Positions 40,411-53,162 of a stretch of DNA of 64,000 nt are shown here, piece by piece. Source of the DNA: Botryllus schlosseri (lineage: Eukaryota); contig CM119371.1 in NCBI GenBank assembly GCA_051294905.1, forward strand, positions 21,516,001 to 21,580,000. Reading direction: 5' to 3'. Below the pieces are notes generated by a model. That model saw only the letters and a program-made list of their open reading frames with translations, was not told the DNA's origin and made no database searches. A program made the translations under genes and the position numbers. Each line of letters opens with the position of its first letter. The stretch's first letter is position 1.

Positions 40411-40840
40411 ACCGTCCACGTTTAGAGTTGCATCTCAAAGATGCTAAAATAAGCCTAAATATAATCCTAGAAATACGATCGTCCACTTTGACTGACTGAA
40501 TTTCTAAAAACACCTTGATAGCTTCCACATCTTACGTTTATATATACCGTCTGCTATCGGCACAACAAAGTAGGCCTATTTAAAAATAACAAAACAGATT
40601 CAACATACCACATCTCTTGCAAAGGCTTTTGCTTTCATTCAATTTGCCATCAAACCTCTTTAAATCCTCCTTTGTGGTGAGTTGCTTTGGAATTCTTCTA
40701 GGATCAATTCCGATATCGTTTTATCATATACAATCTATGGCGGAATAAAAGTTTCTGATAAGTTCTAAAACGAACACAATTTTCCACACAAAAGTCAATT
40801 GCCACACGAAATGCCAAATGCTACGGTCTCATTTTACAAG

Positions 40841-42014
40841 GTATGGCGAGGAAACGTAGTGGTACGTTCCATTATAGCTAAACACCAATGAATTGCGGGT
40901 TCGAGCGTGACACGTCGACTCCATAATTCCTACCGAAGTGTTGGCCGTTTATCTAGGCTCCTCCTCGCCATCTGATTCGCAAAGCCATGTCTTAAAAAGC
41001 CTAGGAGTGGGCCGTGCTATAAGTGGGCAGATGGTTGCCGATGCACTCGGCACTTGGTGAATTCGGCCGCACAAACTCGCCACTTGGTGAATTCGGCCCT
41101 CGGGAAATTTTGAAATGAAGTGTATTTACAGCTATTAATATGAATTATCAAAATAATAATAGTATTATCAAGTGATTCGTCAATCTTGTAAGGAGGTCAG
41201 GGCATCCGTAGATCGCGCAGTCACGGCGTGATTAGATCACGGATTGCGTAGCCACGGGAAATAACACAGCGCTCATATACCGACCACGCGCGGTCTGCTT
41301 GGAATCGATGGCGTGAGTCACGGGCCTGTGTCGTGTAAGTTTTGAGAAGATGGATCTTGGCGTTGTATGTGAGATCAAAACTGTGGAACATCAAGCGGCG
41401 CTTCTTCGTTTATCGATCACGACAAGCCAGTGTTCCTCATCAACAAATGTTTCGCATGATCACGTCAAAATAAATTATTTTTTGCCTTTGGAGAGACGAT
41501 TCCACTCTGGGATTAGGGTGTCTCGATAACACGGTTGAAGGATCCCAAGATTACGAGATCTACCACGAGCCACGTCACGTTTAAATTTCCTTTTTGATAC
41601 TGTTCATTCATATTAAATGCATTTCTAATGCGAAGGTGTTCTAGTGCCAATTCCTCCAAGGGCCGAGTTCACCAAGTGAAGAGCGTCGCGTTATTTCCCA
41701 CAATTACGCAATCTGTGATCTAATCACGCCGTGACTGTGTGATCTACGCATGCCCTGACCACCGTACAACATTGACAACCACTCAAAGTGCCAAGTTCAC
41801 CGGCAAACATTCCAGTAACCAATCATGGTGACCGGTACCGCTACGAGATCTACCACGGCCGAATTCACCAAGTGCCGAGTTTGTGCGGCCGAATTCACTA
41901 AGTGCCGAGTTCACTGGTAATCGGGCAGATACGGAATAATAATAATAAGAACCGGCCTGGTGTAAAATGACCAGTGTAGTCGAACCACCACCATGAACAC
42001 CACAAACAAACAAA
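40841..42014 (+). mobile_element. tRNA-derived SINE interrupted by a DNA transposon
   Basis: A-box-like AACGTAGTGG and B-box GGTTCGAG at 40898. Body matches the 5536 copy. (CAAA)n tail ends at 42014. Confidence 0.82.
41033..41922. mobile_element. MULE/Merlin-like non-autonomous element
   Basis: TSD GGGCAGAT at 41025-41032 and 41923-41930. ~65-bp imperfect TIRs built from CTTGGTGAATTCGGCC units. Second internal inverted pair ~41175-41272 / ~41680-41783. Confidence 0.85.
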
Positions 42015-43882
42015 TGAACATCTAACATGGAAAAGAAATTACCTTTGCAGCCTTTGACAAACACAGTTACCATTGAAACCAGCAATTTAGGTCTTATTCG
42101 AAAGCAGAATAACAACTGTTTTAGTGGACATATCAAATCAAATGTTGGAAAGTTCATGTAAAATAGCCCAAAATATTATCTTACTGTGACCATATTCCAT
42201 CAATATGGTCTGGCTAGCCAAATTCTCTGGGCCAACATAAACAAGCTGCGTTTGGTTTCAACGATTAATAATCTTGTCACTGGATTCGAGGTATAATTGC
42301 ACTCAAATATCAAATTTTGCTCCATTAATCAACATCAAGTTGAAAATGTCCATTCTTGCACCAACTTTTATAAAATCATGAATCAGTGTTCTACAGGAAT
42401 GTATCTATATGACTTATATACCTAGAAAATTCAAGCATAAATATTATGATATACCGTAGGTATAGGTACCGGTAATTCAGATGCTTAAAGCGAATTATAG
42501 TGGTCTAATTTCACTAAATTAGAGCGAAATGCCAGCAATATAATTGTAATCTAATTCGGAAAAAACGGTTTAGCTCTAATTCTAACCTGGAAAAGCTGAA
42601 ACTTTTCTATAGTTGTCTACACCTGTTTTGCAGAAAGTCAAACAGCTCTAGGCGTCATATACTACAGGCAATTCGAAATACCCCATAAGCTATATGCTAC
42701 TGCATATATACCTTTAACCCGCTACCTCAGTCAGTCACAATTCCTATATATTTACGGCATTTTCCATACAGAAAGAGCGAACTATGCCTGGCTGCGACCT
42801 GTTGCGCGTCAAATCTTTGTATGGCGCGATGACGTAAAATTTAAATCGCCGAAATATTCTAGAAGTCACGCATCGATAATCATATTCCTAAACGTACAAC
42901 ATATCACTTAGTTATTCTCTGAATAAAACTATTAGCCATACTCGTTGAACATGCGAGATTACCGAAAGAGCGAATATATATATAATGAAGATCATATATA
43001 TCAGAAGAAAACAGAACTATTCGACCTTAGAGCAACAACACGAATATACAACACCGGTGACATCCTCACGCAATAAAACGAAGGGAGAACATTGTTTTCT
43101 AATAGATAGAACGAAGCTACCGCATGAGATCGAACAAAACCGGATAGAATTCATCGTGATTGAATGTACCGACAAAGTCATCCTTTCTACGTATTTTAGT
43201 CGTACCCTCGAGAGATAGAAAATTTGCATTATTAGGTTAACCACCGGATATAACGAAGCCTAATGCATGAGATGGAACAACAACGAGTATGAATTTATTC
43301 TGATTGAATATAACCACAAGACCATCCTACTACGTATTTTAGACATTCCCTCGACACTTAGAAAATCAGAACCTAATCGAGATGATCCCGGATGATCCTT
43401 TTACGGTTTTGTGTTTGCTGGGAGCTTACATGCCGTGTTTTCATCGAGGGAAAGCAAGAACGCTTGTATCATCAGTGAATACAAATATAAAACTTGAATA
43501 TGACACTATAATTTGTGTGATGTTATTGGACCAAGTTGTAGCATATAGTTGAAGTTTTGAATGCTCTAGGGATCGACTGAATCCGCCGGTTACGCTTGGC
43601 AGTTATACTTACAGCAAATTGAATTCACTTGTAAGTGTTGTCAAAGTCCTTAATGATGCTGCACAGAAGAAGTGTAAAACAAGCACACGCTATGCTGGAT
43701 ATGATATCCAAACTATGCTGGATACTATGCAGCATAGTCTGTGCTTTTCATGACACCTCTTTTCTGCGGGATCAATAAGGACTTTGACATAACATATCCA
43801 GTTGGCTGGTGCTGCCCGCGAACGATTTGAAGGTTTCAATCCGGCCCGCGATGTAATTCGAGTTTGACACCTCTGGTGTAAG

Positions 43883-45172
43883 CAGAGGTGGTCAAAGTAG
43901 TCAAGAAAGCTACTCAAGTAGAAGTAGAAGTAGCGACGAAAAAATCTACTCAAGTACGAGTAGAAGTACTTCTTCCATAAGCAACCTAAAACTACTTGAA
44001 GTAGAAGTAGAATTGACTGACTTTAAAAGTACTCAAGTAAGTAAGTAGTTGTGAAAACGATCCTAATTCGTTCACATGGATTGTAAAAAAGTGCAAATTG
44101 AGCTATGCGAAAGGTGACGAGCTTGATTCATATTGATGCATACCAGCAGTTATCCAATTTTCGATAGCATAAGCAATAAGCATTCACCAACATCATGATA
44201 GTATTGATATGGAAATGCGATACTAATCCTCTGTTTTCTCGAATAGCACATTTTAGAAAATAGCATGGTACGGCGCCATCCCCCATATTATAAGGCCCGT
44301 AGTTTAGTCGAAGAGCAATACGGAGAAGTTGTATAGGATACGGTGTAAACACTTTACGCGATTAGTAAACGTTAATAAAAAATATGGTGGACCGTAAAAA
44401 TGCCATATTGTGTAGCTTTGTTTTCGGAAATTAAAGGCATTACTACACCGCTTTTATGCTTCAACATGTATGTTATCCAGACAAAAGAAATGATATTAAT
44501 TATAACTCAAAATATATGATACTGGGAATTAAAAGTGAAATATAAATACTACTTCTAAAAGTGGAGTATGTATTTCATGCCTTTGGTCCAGAAAGTTTCA
44601 AAGGTGGTGTGCTAAAACAGCTCTAAAACTAAAAAAAGTCAGAGTCCACGTTTCCAGATTAGGACACGCTATGGACATGATATATTACGATATGACAAGT
44701 AAATGCTAGATTGCGAAACACCAGTTCCAAACGTTATGATGAGCCATATATACTGTGATGAAATATTTCATATGAGCGAAGGGCGACAATGTGGTGTAAG
44801 CGGAACCACGCCAACCCGCGACCTAAATTATATTCACCGATACTTTCGTGAAATCAAATTGGTCACTCAATATCCACCGTGCGCGAAGCGCGACGAAAAT
44901 TCTGGGCTTTACTCAACTTTTGTGAAAATTAAATGTTGATACTCCGTGAAAACAGCCCCGAAATTTCTCAGGCTATCTTCCTGATTGGAAGATTGAACTA
45001 CTTCTACTTGACAAACTGAAAATAGCGAAAAGTAAGTAAGTAGATCACAAAATATTACGAAGTAGAAGTAGAAGTAGCGAAAATCAGATCTACTTGAGTA
45101 AGTACCAGAAGTAGTGGAAACCTACTTGAGTACTTCGAAAAAGTAGAAGTACTTCGTTACTGACCACCTCTG
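43883..45172. mobile_element. hAT element with AGTAGA subterminal repeats
   Basis: TIR CAGAGGTGGTCA / TGACCACCTCTG. Perfect TSD GGTGTAAG. Confidence 0.95.
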
Positions 45173-45290
45173 GGTGTAAGGCCTATTCATAATTATACCG
45201 AGTAACTCATTTAGGATCAGGCGAGTGGAACTGACGTTCCTGAGTGTTATTTCACTGAATTAAATGATTTTATCATATTCCCGTCGACAG

Positions 45291-45488
45291 GTATTGCCCC
45301 TTGGCGTGAGACATGGAGAAAACGCTTTTCTACTTACATGTGAGCAATATAAATCGAGACACTTGGAAGTTTTGGAAAACGTTTGTCATGACCATGGGAT
45401 TAAAGACCAAGAAATTCGAAAGGCGCGCAAAGACCTTGTTGCTAAAATGGAGAAACATATTGTGGAATTATTGGATGAACTTCAACAG
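45291..45488 (+). CDS. Internal coding exon, 66 aa (VLPLGVRHGENAFLL...ELLDELQQ)
   Basis: Acceptor ..ttcccgtcgacag and donor CAG|gtaata. 198 nt, phase 0-0, helical charged composition. Frame-compatible with exon 23855-23914. Confidence 0.8.
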
Positions 45489-45816
45489 GTAATACTGTGT
45501 TCACTATTCGAGTCTAATGATATAAGCTAGCTTATTGTCAAAGCTTAAGGCCTGCCTTTATACTCGCTTGCTTTACGTGATGCGCGTAAAATTTTAGGAA
45601 TATTTGTGTGAGACAGCTGTTAGGGAAATTAGGGAAGCCGCAGCAAAATTTTTTGGAATAGATTTAATTCGTACAGTTCGCATGTCCTGTGCATTGGCTA
45701 TATCACTCGACATGCATCCACAATGTACTTTGTGCGGCTTCAAGCAAGAGCATAGCTTTTTACCGGGGTCCTCAAAGGTGACAGGTGTTCATTAAAGATC
45801 GGCTCACACACTGGAC

Positions 45817-46454
45817 CAGGGGTGGGCAAACTACGGCCCGCGGGCCGCATGTGGCCCGCAACACCGTTCTATGCGGCCCGCGAGAGCCTAAAGAAACTTT
45901 TTTAAATTTTGATAAAATGCGTACTAAAATATCGAATTGATGCAGGGATTTGATTATCTTTTTCTTAGTATATTTCACCATGATAATTCTAAGACAGTTG
46001 TTATCAAACCGTGATCGGTGGATAATCCGATAATTATCGACGAAAAACTCACATAACTACGCTACTGCTGGTCGACAATTTCCTGGATTTTTTTTTTAAT
46101 TTTACATAATAAATTAAAAATTTTAATTGGATATGCGGAGTCCTCTACTTGTTAGAATTGAACCAAATTTGGTGTGCAGCGTTTTTAAGGGTAACCTGAC
46201 AATTTAATAGGTGAATGGCTGGAATCTGGAAAAAAGTTATTTTTGAACAGCCCTACTAATCATATTCAAACGCAGGGGCATGAAAATTTTCAAGTTCAAT
46301 TGATCTCCTCCAACAAACAACAAACGAAATAATTTTGGGCCCTTTCTAGCTCCTCCTGATTGAAGTTTTTATTGGGCGCGACAGTTACGGCCCTTGAAAA
46401 TCATATGACTCCGCTGTTCCACTCGCGTGGCGAAAACCAATGAGCCAATCCCTG
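45817..46454. mobile_element. hAT (Charlie-type) MITE, degenerate, containing a foldback-family fragment
   Basis: CAGGGGTGGGCAAACTACGGCCCGCGGGCCGCATG left end. Degenerate right end ..GAGCCAATCCCTG. TSD not conserved. Confidence 0.65.
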
Positions 46455-47274
46455 CATCCACTGTGTGATTAAGGTTTTAGTTCCATTATAGTAGGGAATA
46501 ATATATTCATTCGGGGCCTAGTTCAAACAATTCTTTGGTGAATGGGATATTACATAGAAGTGGAGAAATAATTCTTTCGTATACTTGCTGTACAATGTAA
46601 AATGTACATAGTATGTCTTTAGGCCTGCCTATTGCAGTTGCGATGTCAGAACATAAAAATCAAATGATACAATCAATTCATTTTACTCTTACATTACTTG
46701 CAATGACTTCATCATGGCCGGATACTTCAGACCGACTCCAAAATAAATGTGATGCGAAAAATCCTCAATCCATTACGATTCGCTGCGGTGGTACCGTATA
46801 CTTTCACAGGAAGTCGATATTCGAAAATAAGTTGCAATATGTGGCTATTTTTATGTTACAATAATACAACCTGCCGACGTGGGCCTACCATAAATCTGCA
46901 TTAAATGCATTTCAGTCATACTTTAATGCACACCATTTTCAAGGGCATACGAAGTATGACACGGAAGGAGCACATGGTAGGTTGTTATAGCCGGGGAACC
47001 AAAGCCGCCGTTTCTCCTCCCATTTTCGACTTGTACACATCCCTACGTGTCACTAGCTCACTACATCTTATCAGAGTCGGATTAAAGAGTTTTATCTTTA
47101 TCTTACATATAATGCGATTATGAATATATTTTCGAATGTATAAACAAAATAAACATAACTAACCTTTCACTAATTGTACGATTTGCCAAGTATCTCTGTG
47201 GCCCACCTCAAATTACTACTGTGTTCCACCAGTGGGCAAAGGCCCACCCTTTGAAAACCCCTGATCTAGGTCGA

Positions 47275-48425
47275 TGCTTTCACCCATTTTTGGTTAGAGG
47301 ATGCAATCATCCGAGGTTATATCAGACACATATTTTATGCAAACTGCAAGATATAGCAAAAAATATCTTTAGTATTTGGCATCAGCTATAAGTCCAATGC
47401 CTCATTCAGCTTATCCAGTATAACTTCAAACTCTTTTACGCTCCGTAATTTGAATCAAGATGAAGATCTTATGGATAGTCGGCCTGATGATGAAGATTTT
47501 GAAATCGAATATGATTCAGAACATGGAGTAATCCACCAACGCAAGTTGAATGATTTGAAATATGCTTTAGGCCTTAAAGCATGAAAATATTTGGAACTTT
47601 TAGCATCCTTGCGAATTGAGAAAAGATCACTCTGCAAGTGAGAGAGAGAAGATAGCCCTATCTCATTTTCGATCATGAGAAACGGCGTTTTCCTCGAGTC
47701 GTAGGGCTGCTTTCGGTAACTTTGTATTTTGCCGGGATATTGGCGTTGGTATGACACTGTTACCATTGGTTGCTGGAGGAGTTACGAATCTCGATTTACA
47801 GCTCAAGCAAATGGCAAATGGCTATTGGTAGCTCAAAAAGAATCCTAAATGTGGCATTCTAGAAAATAGCAAGGTATTCGGTGCAGTAGCAGTTGCACTC
47901 TTATCTTTGTGATACGATTGTTGATATACAATGTTCTTTCCAATTCTCTACTAGTTGCTGACGATTACCCCTGACGAGTGTCAGCCGAAAATATTCGGGT
48001 TCATTTCAATATGAATATACTATTTAATTATCTTCGTAACAAATACAGAAACATTGCGAATAATACAGAAACATTGAATTGTTGTAATATCACAAGCAGG
48101 ATTTGGTCATATGTGTCAGCTTTGAAATATTGTATTATCTTATCTTATCTGATACATGTGTCACACAGCCATATGTTATGTCGGACACCAGACATTCAAA
48201 AAAGACTAAATATCTAAATAATTTTCCGGACAACCTTGGCATAGTCAGCGATGGGCAATGAGAAAGTGTCATCCAATATCTGAAGATGATAGGGGTATGA
48301 TGCCAGAGTATATTGGAGCTTACATGTGTTAGCTGACTATTGCGCGACTATCAAACGACACAAACCACAGAATTAGGAGTTATTAACGTAAATTTGGACC
48401 CTGAGACTCGCACTTTTGTGTCCTG
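47275..48425 (+). pseudogene. Chapaev3 (CMC) transposase fossil, internally deleted
   Basis: Peptides in the expected order: LASAISPMPHS; QRKLNDLKYALGL..ELLAS; FVFCRDI; KWQMAIGSSKR; KCGILENSKVFGAVAVA; FPDNLGIVSDGQ*E; VLADYCATIKR. These match Chapaev3 motifs (SAIRPVPHS, ELNDLVRDL, WRLFIDSSKRSLK, FPENLGAVSDEHGERFHQ, MLADYCW). Confidence 0.8.
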
Positions 48426-48684
48426 CAGAAGCAATATTATTCTAAATCAAATAAGTAAAGCAGCATAAATGTTTATTTGAAGTCTATTGACTTACTTTCG
48501 ACTGTTTGTGGTTTTTATACAATAAACACAAAATATTAAAAGTATACTACTTTACGTTGGTTGTGACACAATGTGGCGGGTGCCTAACCAACAAACTTGA
48601 ATTGACAGAGAAAAACCGAAGTCCTTATTAAATTTATCGTCCAAAAGTTCGTCAAACTCAATTGTCTGATCAAAGTCAACATCG

Positions 48685-49105
48685 ATTGTGTCGACCAGTG
48701 TTATCGGTTCGCCAATAATATCGAGTCGATATCACACTTTAAAAGAATTATATGCATCGGCCATTGGAGGTAAGAAATATCGGCAATTTTTGCAACGTCA
48801 CAACATGGCGGTAAGAATTCTGAAAACTATAATCCTTGACCGCTAGACTGGGAATATCGCTGTATTTCATATAGCTAACACATTCCAGGTGTCCAGATGC
48901 AGCCTTTCTATTTTATTTCATGTTCGAGTATAACAATTGGCTGTGAAGCTGTTGAGATAAATGCTTTGAAGTTTTGAAAATTCGCCTTGTGAGGTAGATT
49001 CCAACTTATTTGAATATCGGCTAAATATATCGGTGATACCGGTGAAAGTGTTAGATATCGGTTTTATCGGTATCGGCCCAAAAATTCAATATCGGTAGGG
49101 CTCTA
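48685..49105. mobile_element. Degenerate hAT-Ac-like MITE with ATCGG repeats
   Basis: Clustered TATCGG motifs at both ends; right terminus ATATCGGTAGGGCTCTA. Confidence 0.6.
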
Positions 49106-49639
49106 ATGGTAGCCCTAATGTAATTAGTTACGAATAGGAGGTTGGCGGGATGTAGTAGGAATCAAATCCCCGTCCTTCTTGAAGGCGGTTTCTTATCTCC
49201 AATATTTATAGGGTGATTTGAAATTAAGGTATCAGTATCACGTTGGTGGATTTTACCGAACAATATGAAAGTGATTTCCAGGGTAAGATGTCCCCAAAAT
49301 ATCTGAATGCGGACAACACAATGCAATAAGATAAATATTTTAACCAATTTTAATTAACCCTACCATAATACGTGGTGTAACTACTGGGCCAGATATCGTT
49401 AAAATAAAGTTTTTCATGACAAAATTTGTCAGTTTTTAGGTCAAAAACGCTTTTCCGTAAGGACAGACAGTCCCTACCAGAAATGAATAAAAGTATAGTA
49501 CAATTTCACCATTATGTGCAAAAACACTTAATTTGCGTACATGAAGTCAAAATTTGGTCAAAATCAAGTTGTTTTAGGTTAAAATCCTCCGATTCTTAGG
49601 TAAAAAAATCGCCCTAGTTATTACACCTCACATAGCTCA

Positions 49640-50984
49640 AATACGTGAGTATGACGTCATAAACGGTGAAAACATTTTGACCGCCTACGGCGTGCAGGTG
49701 GTACGCGAGCACTGCGTAAAACCTGGAAGTGGTACGTGGGTGGAAAAAGGTTGGGAACCACTGCCCTAGGGGGTACCAGAATTTGCAAAGGGTGTACCAC
49801 TCGGATGGGGTGTACAGGGGTGTACCAGATCCGAGTAACAATGAGCCGATGGCTAGCTATCACAAAGGCAGGTTTATAGGTCACTACAGGTTGACTTTAA
49901 TAACCCTTGAAGGCGTCGACACGGTGCCAGAGCTATTTGCTAACCTGCATGTAATATTTGTTGAATTTATTGCAAATCAATTAACTAATTGAATCTGCCG
50001 AGCCTTATACTTGTTAGAATTGTTAGGTTACCTAATTTAAGCCTACACACCAAATTTGGTTCAATTCCAGCCAGTAGCCGCATTGCTACAGGTGAAGAAC
50101 GTTTCCATTTATTATCTAAAAATAAATAACAAAAAATTATAAAAATTTCTGTTCACCCCATGAAAGTGTTAGGTTGTCTATAGAAACGATGCTCACCAAA
50201 TTTTGTTCAATTCCAACCAGTAGCCGCATTGCTAGTCGGGATTTAAGAACCCATTTTTCGTTAAAAAAAGAGTTATTTTCAATCCACCCTAATGTAAAAG
50301 TGCACAGGCTATTGATAACGTATCACTTTTGAGATTTAGGTGTAATTTATACGCATATTGCTTGAAATCGAAAATAGGTGGCTCCTTGAGGGGCCATTTG
50401 ACACATTTGGGGGAGCGATTTGGCTCTATTGGACCACCGGCAGTTGGCAACCCTGCCTCCAAGCACCAGTAGACCTTCCTGTACAAAATCCATGAACTTG
50501 TTTGGCCGCGAAGGGCTTTAGGGAAATGGTTGAATCCAAAACGAGTGAAGAAATTGTCTTTTTAATGAGACACTTGATACATAGTCGCCAAATTGTTGCA
50601 CATATGAACAAAATGTTGTATCTTCATCTTCTTTTTATATAACAATTTTTTATTAGTTTGTGCGAATGAAATTTATTTTACACAAAAAGTGCGAATGGGG
50701 CTCCAAAAGGTTGAAAAGCACTGGAATAGAAGAAATATTTGCTTATGACATCACAATCAAGCGGTGTACAATATTACACTTGAGATAACATTGTACCATA
50801 TCCTCATTAACCTGACTCTGTGCGTCAACCTGTACTGACCTATAAACCTGCCTTTGTGATAGCTAGCCATCGGCTCATTGTTACTCGGATTTGGAACACC
50901 CCTGTACACCCCATCCGAGTGGTACACTCTTTGCAAATTCTGGTACACCCTAGGGTGTACGACAACCCCGGTTGAAGAGCACTG
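49640..50984. mobile_element. Cluster of hAT MITE fragments, including inverted copies 49764-49895 / 50824-50955
   Basis: Termini GGTTGGGAACCACTG (49763), GTTGGCAACCCTG (50455), GGTTGAAAAGCACTG (50724) and GGTTGAAGAGCACTG (50984). ~130-bp near-identical inverted pair. Confidence 0.75.
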
Positions 50985-52960
50985 ATATAAACTATGCTCC
51001 TGTGGTTTGAATCAGTGGTTCTTCCCTTTTTCATGTAGCGCTTTTTTTCAGGAACTTCTGTGGTCTGGCGACCTCCTGTCTTATTTCATAGTTGGTAATG
51101 AAGACGATGGGCTAGCTACGGTATCATATTGAAGATAATCTACCACGTTTAAAGCAATATTATAGTCGTGAAACACCATGCATACCACAAACAACCGCTA
51201 TGTTAATGAGGTAGAGGTTAAAGCTCGGTCCATCTTTTCGGATTTGCACCTAAATATTTGAAATAATTCGTGCAGAATCGAGCCCTATAAACACTCAACT
51301 AATTACCGATTTGATAATCAAGGTTTTTATGCCAACCGTATGGGCTCCAGCCTACTCAACTTACAACTCTGCGAATGATGATACGGTGAAATTGTATTGG
51401 GTCTGTTTCATTGCGGTGTTCGACTAGTAAATCAACTGATCTGATTTCTTATTTGTTTTCGGTCATATTGAATTTAGTTAGATAAAATTGAGGGAATAAT
51501 ACAACCTGTTCTTAACTTAACCATAAATGTAACCCAATCAAACTATAACTAATATTAAATACTTGACATGTGAGCTTGTGGACACAACACCAAACTGTAT
51601 CATTCTTTATGGTAAGATGAAGAAATAAACTGACAGTTACATTTTGTCGCTCTCAACACAAGCATATTATATTTTATTAAAATCCATACAGATGCAAAGC
51701 ATGTCCATTGTACAAATACGGTAAATAAGAGTGTTAAAGCTGCCAAGATCTTAATTTGACTCTCGCAGGATCACTTTCCCGGTTTTCGATGCGCAGTGTG
51801 CTTCAAGATACAAAACCTATAGTTCTAAACAATTCGTCGAGAATAACCCTTTCTGGTAACTGTGTCAAGAAGACCTTTGCAATCAAATAGCATATGTGCA
51901 AGAAGCCCGTAACCCACATCTTACAATAAATATAATAACTACTATGCTTGTGAAAACATTTTGCAGAAATTGCCGTTATATTACGCGCAAACCGTGACGA
52001 AACATTTTACGATTTTATAAATTTTGTCAGAATTTTCCAATCTGCAAGGAGAGCACAGGTTATAGAACATCAGTTCCACAATCTGACTATATTTTCTCAT
52101 GAGAATTACTGCAATATCTATACGGGTATGCATTTTCTTCAGCGCCTCCTCCACATCACCCCTGAGTGTTTTTGCGCTCTTCAAAATCCATATTACCCCG
52201 GGGGTGCTGGAGGCAAGGTTGAAAACCATGTTCAAATCATACGAAATGGCGTTCTTGGAACGGAACTTCAATATACCATTTATTAATATATTCATATTGA
52301 CATGACCCGAATATTTTCGGCTGGCAATCGTCAAGCGCAATCGTCAGCAGCTAGTATAGAGATTTGGAAATAACCATGGTTGATCAACCCGTTATCACTG
52401 AGGTCACTGTTAATAGTGAAGCCACCCGTCTAAACAAGCATGTGAATTGGTCGTTTTTTTCTTCTGGCCAGCCATATAACCAGGCTTCGAGTTGTCCACT
52501 ATCAATCCTTACCATTCATTAGACCACTGGTTCTTAAACATTTTCTTCAAGCGCCTCTTTTCACAAATCGCCTTAGTTTTGCGTCCCATAAAGACTGTAG
52601 GCTACTTGATAAAACTTGTCTAAGGTTTAAGCTCGGTCGGTATTTTTGGGTTTGGATGAAAATATTTCATCGTGAGCGATGATCACTCGACCAATTGCGT
52701 TGGAGTTCATATATAAACATCTCGAATCCACCTCTGAGATAGGCAATAGAGTGAAGATCATCATATATGGTTTTGTTTTATAGCTTTGTGAGTCTAGTAG
52801 CCTAAATAATTTGAAAATTCAGTACATGTATCTGCTCACATTGAATGTAGTTCGGTAAAATATAGGCATACTCCACCCGGTTCTTCACGTATCATGAATA
52901 TACAATATACAATGTATATTATACATAGGCTACACCACCGAGCATAGCAGCCCTCATTAT
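50985..52960. repeat. Duplicated block, copy 2 (includes family A element 51013-52230)
   Basis: Colinear with 24207-27295 minus the 25844-27112 insertion. Confidence 0.85.
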
Positions 52961-53162
52961 AATATCTTGAACACAGCTACCAAACTTTTCGGGGCCATGG
53001 CAGGAGCCGAAATGTCCGCAATCACAAATTATTCGCAATAATCCGCACTCTGGAACCCTTCTGAAATTGATTCCCTGCAACACCTTCTACACAAAACTCA
53101 GCGCAGCCCGATACATTTGGTACTGCGGGCTCGCAGAAAATTGGTAGCAAAGGATAAGTCCT

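Larger units (their letters stand above)
36505..43875 (-). mobile_element. 7.4-kb composite hAT (Buster/Charlie-type) element with nested insertions
   Basis: TIR CAGAGGTGTCAAAC / GTTTGACACCTCTG. TSD GTGTAAGG at 36497-36504; the right copy is split by the 43883 insertion. Faint transposase-like peptides on the minus strand near both ends. Confidence 0.8.
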
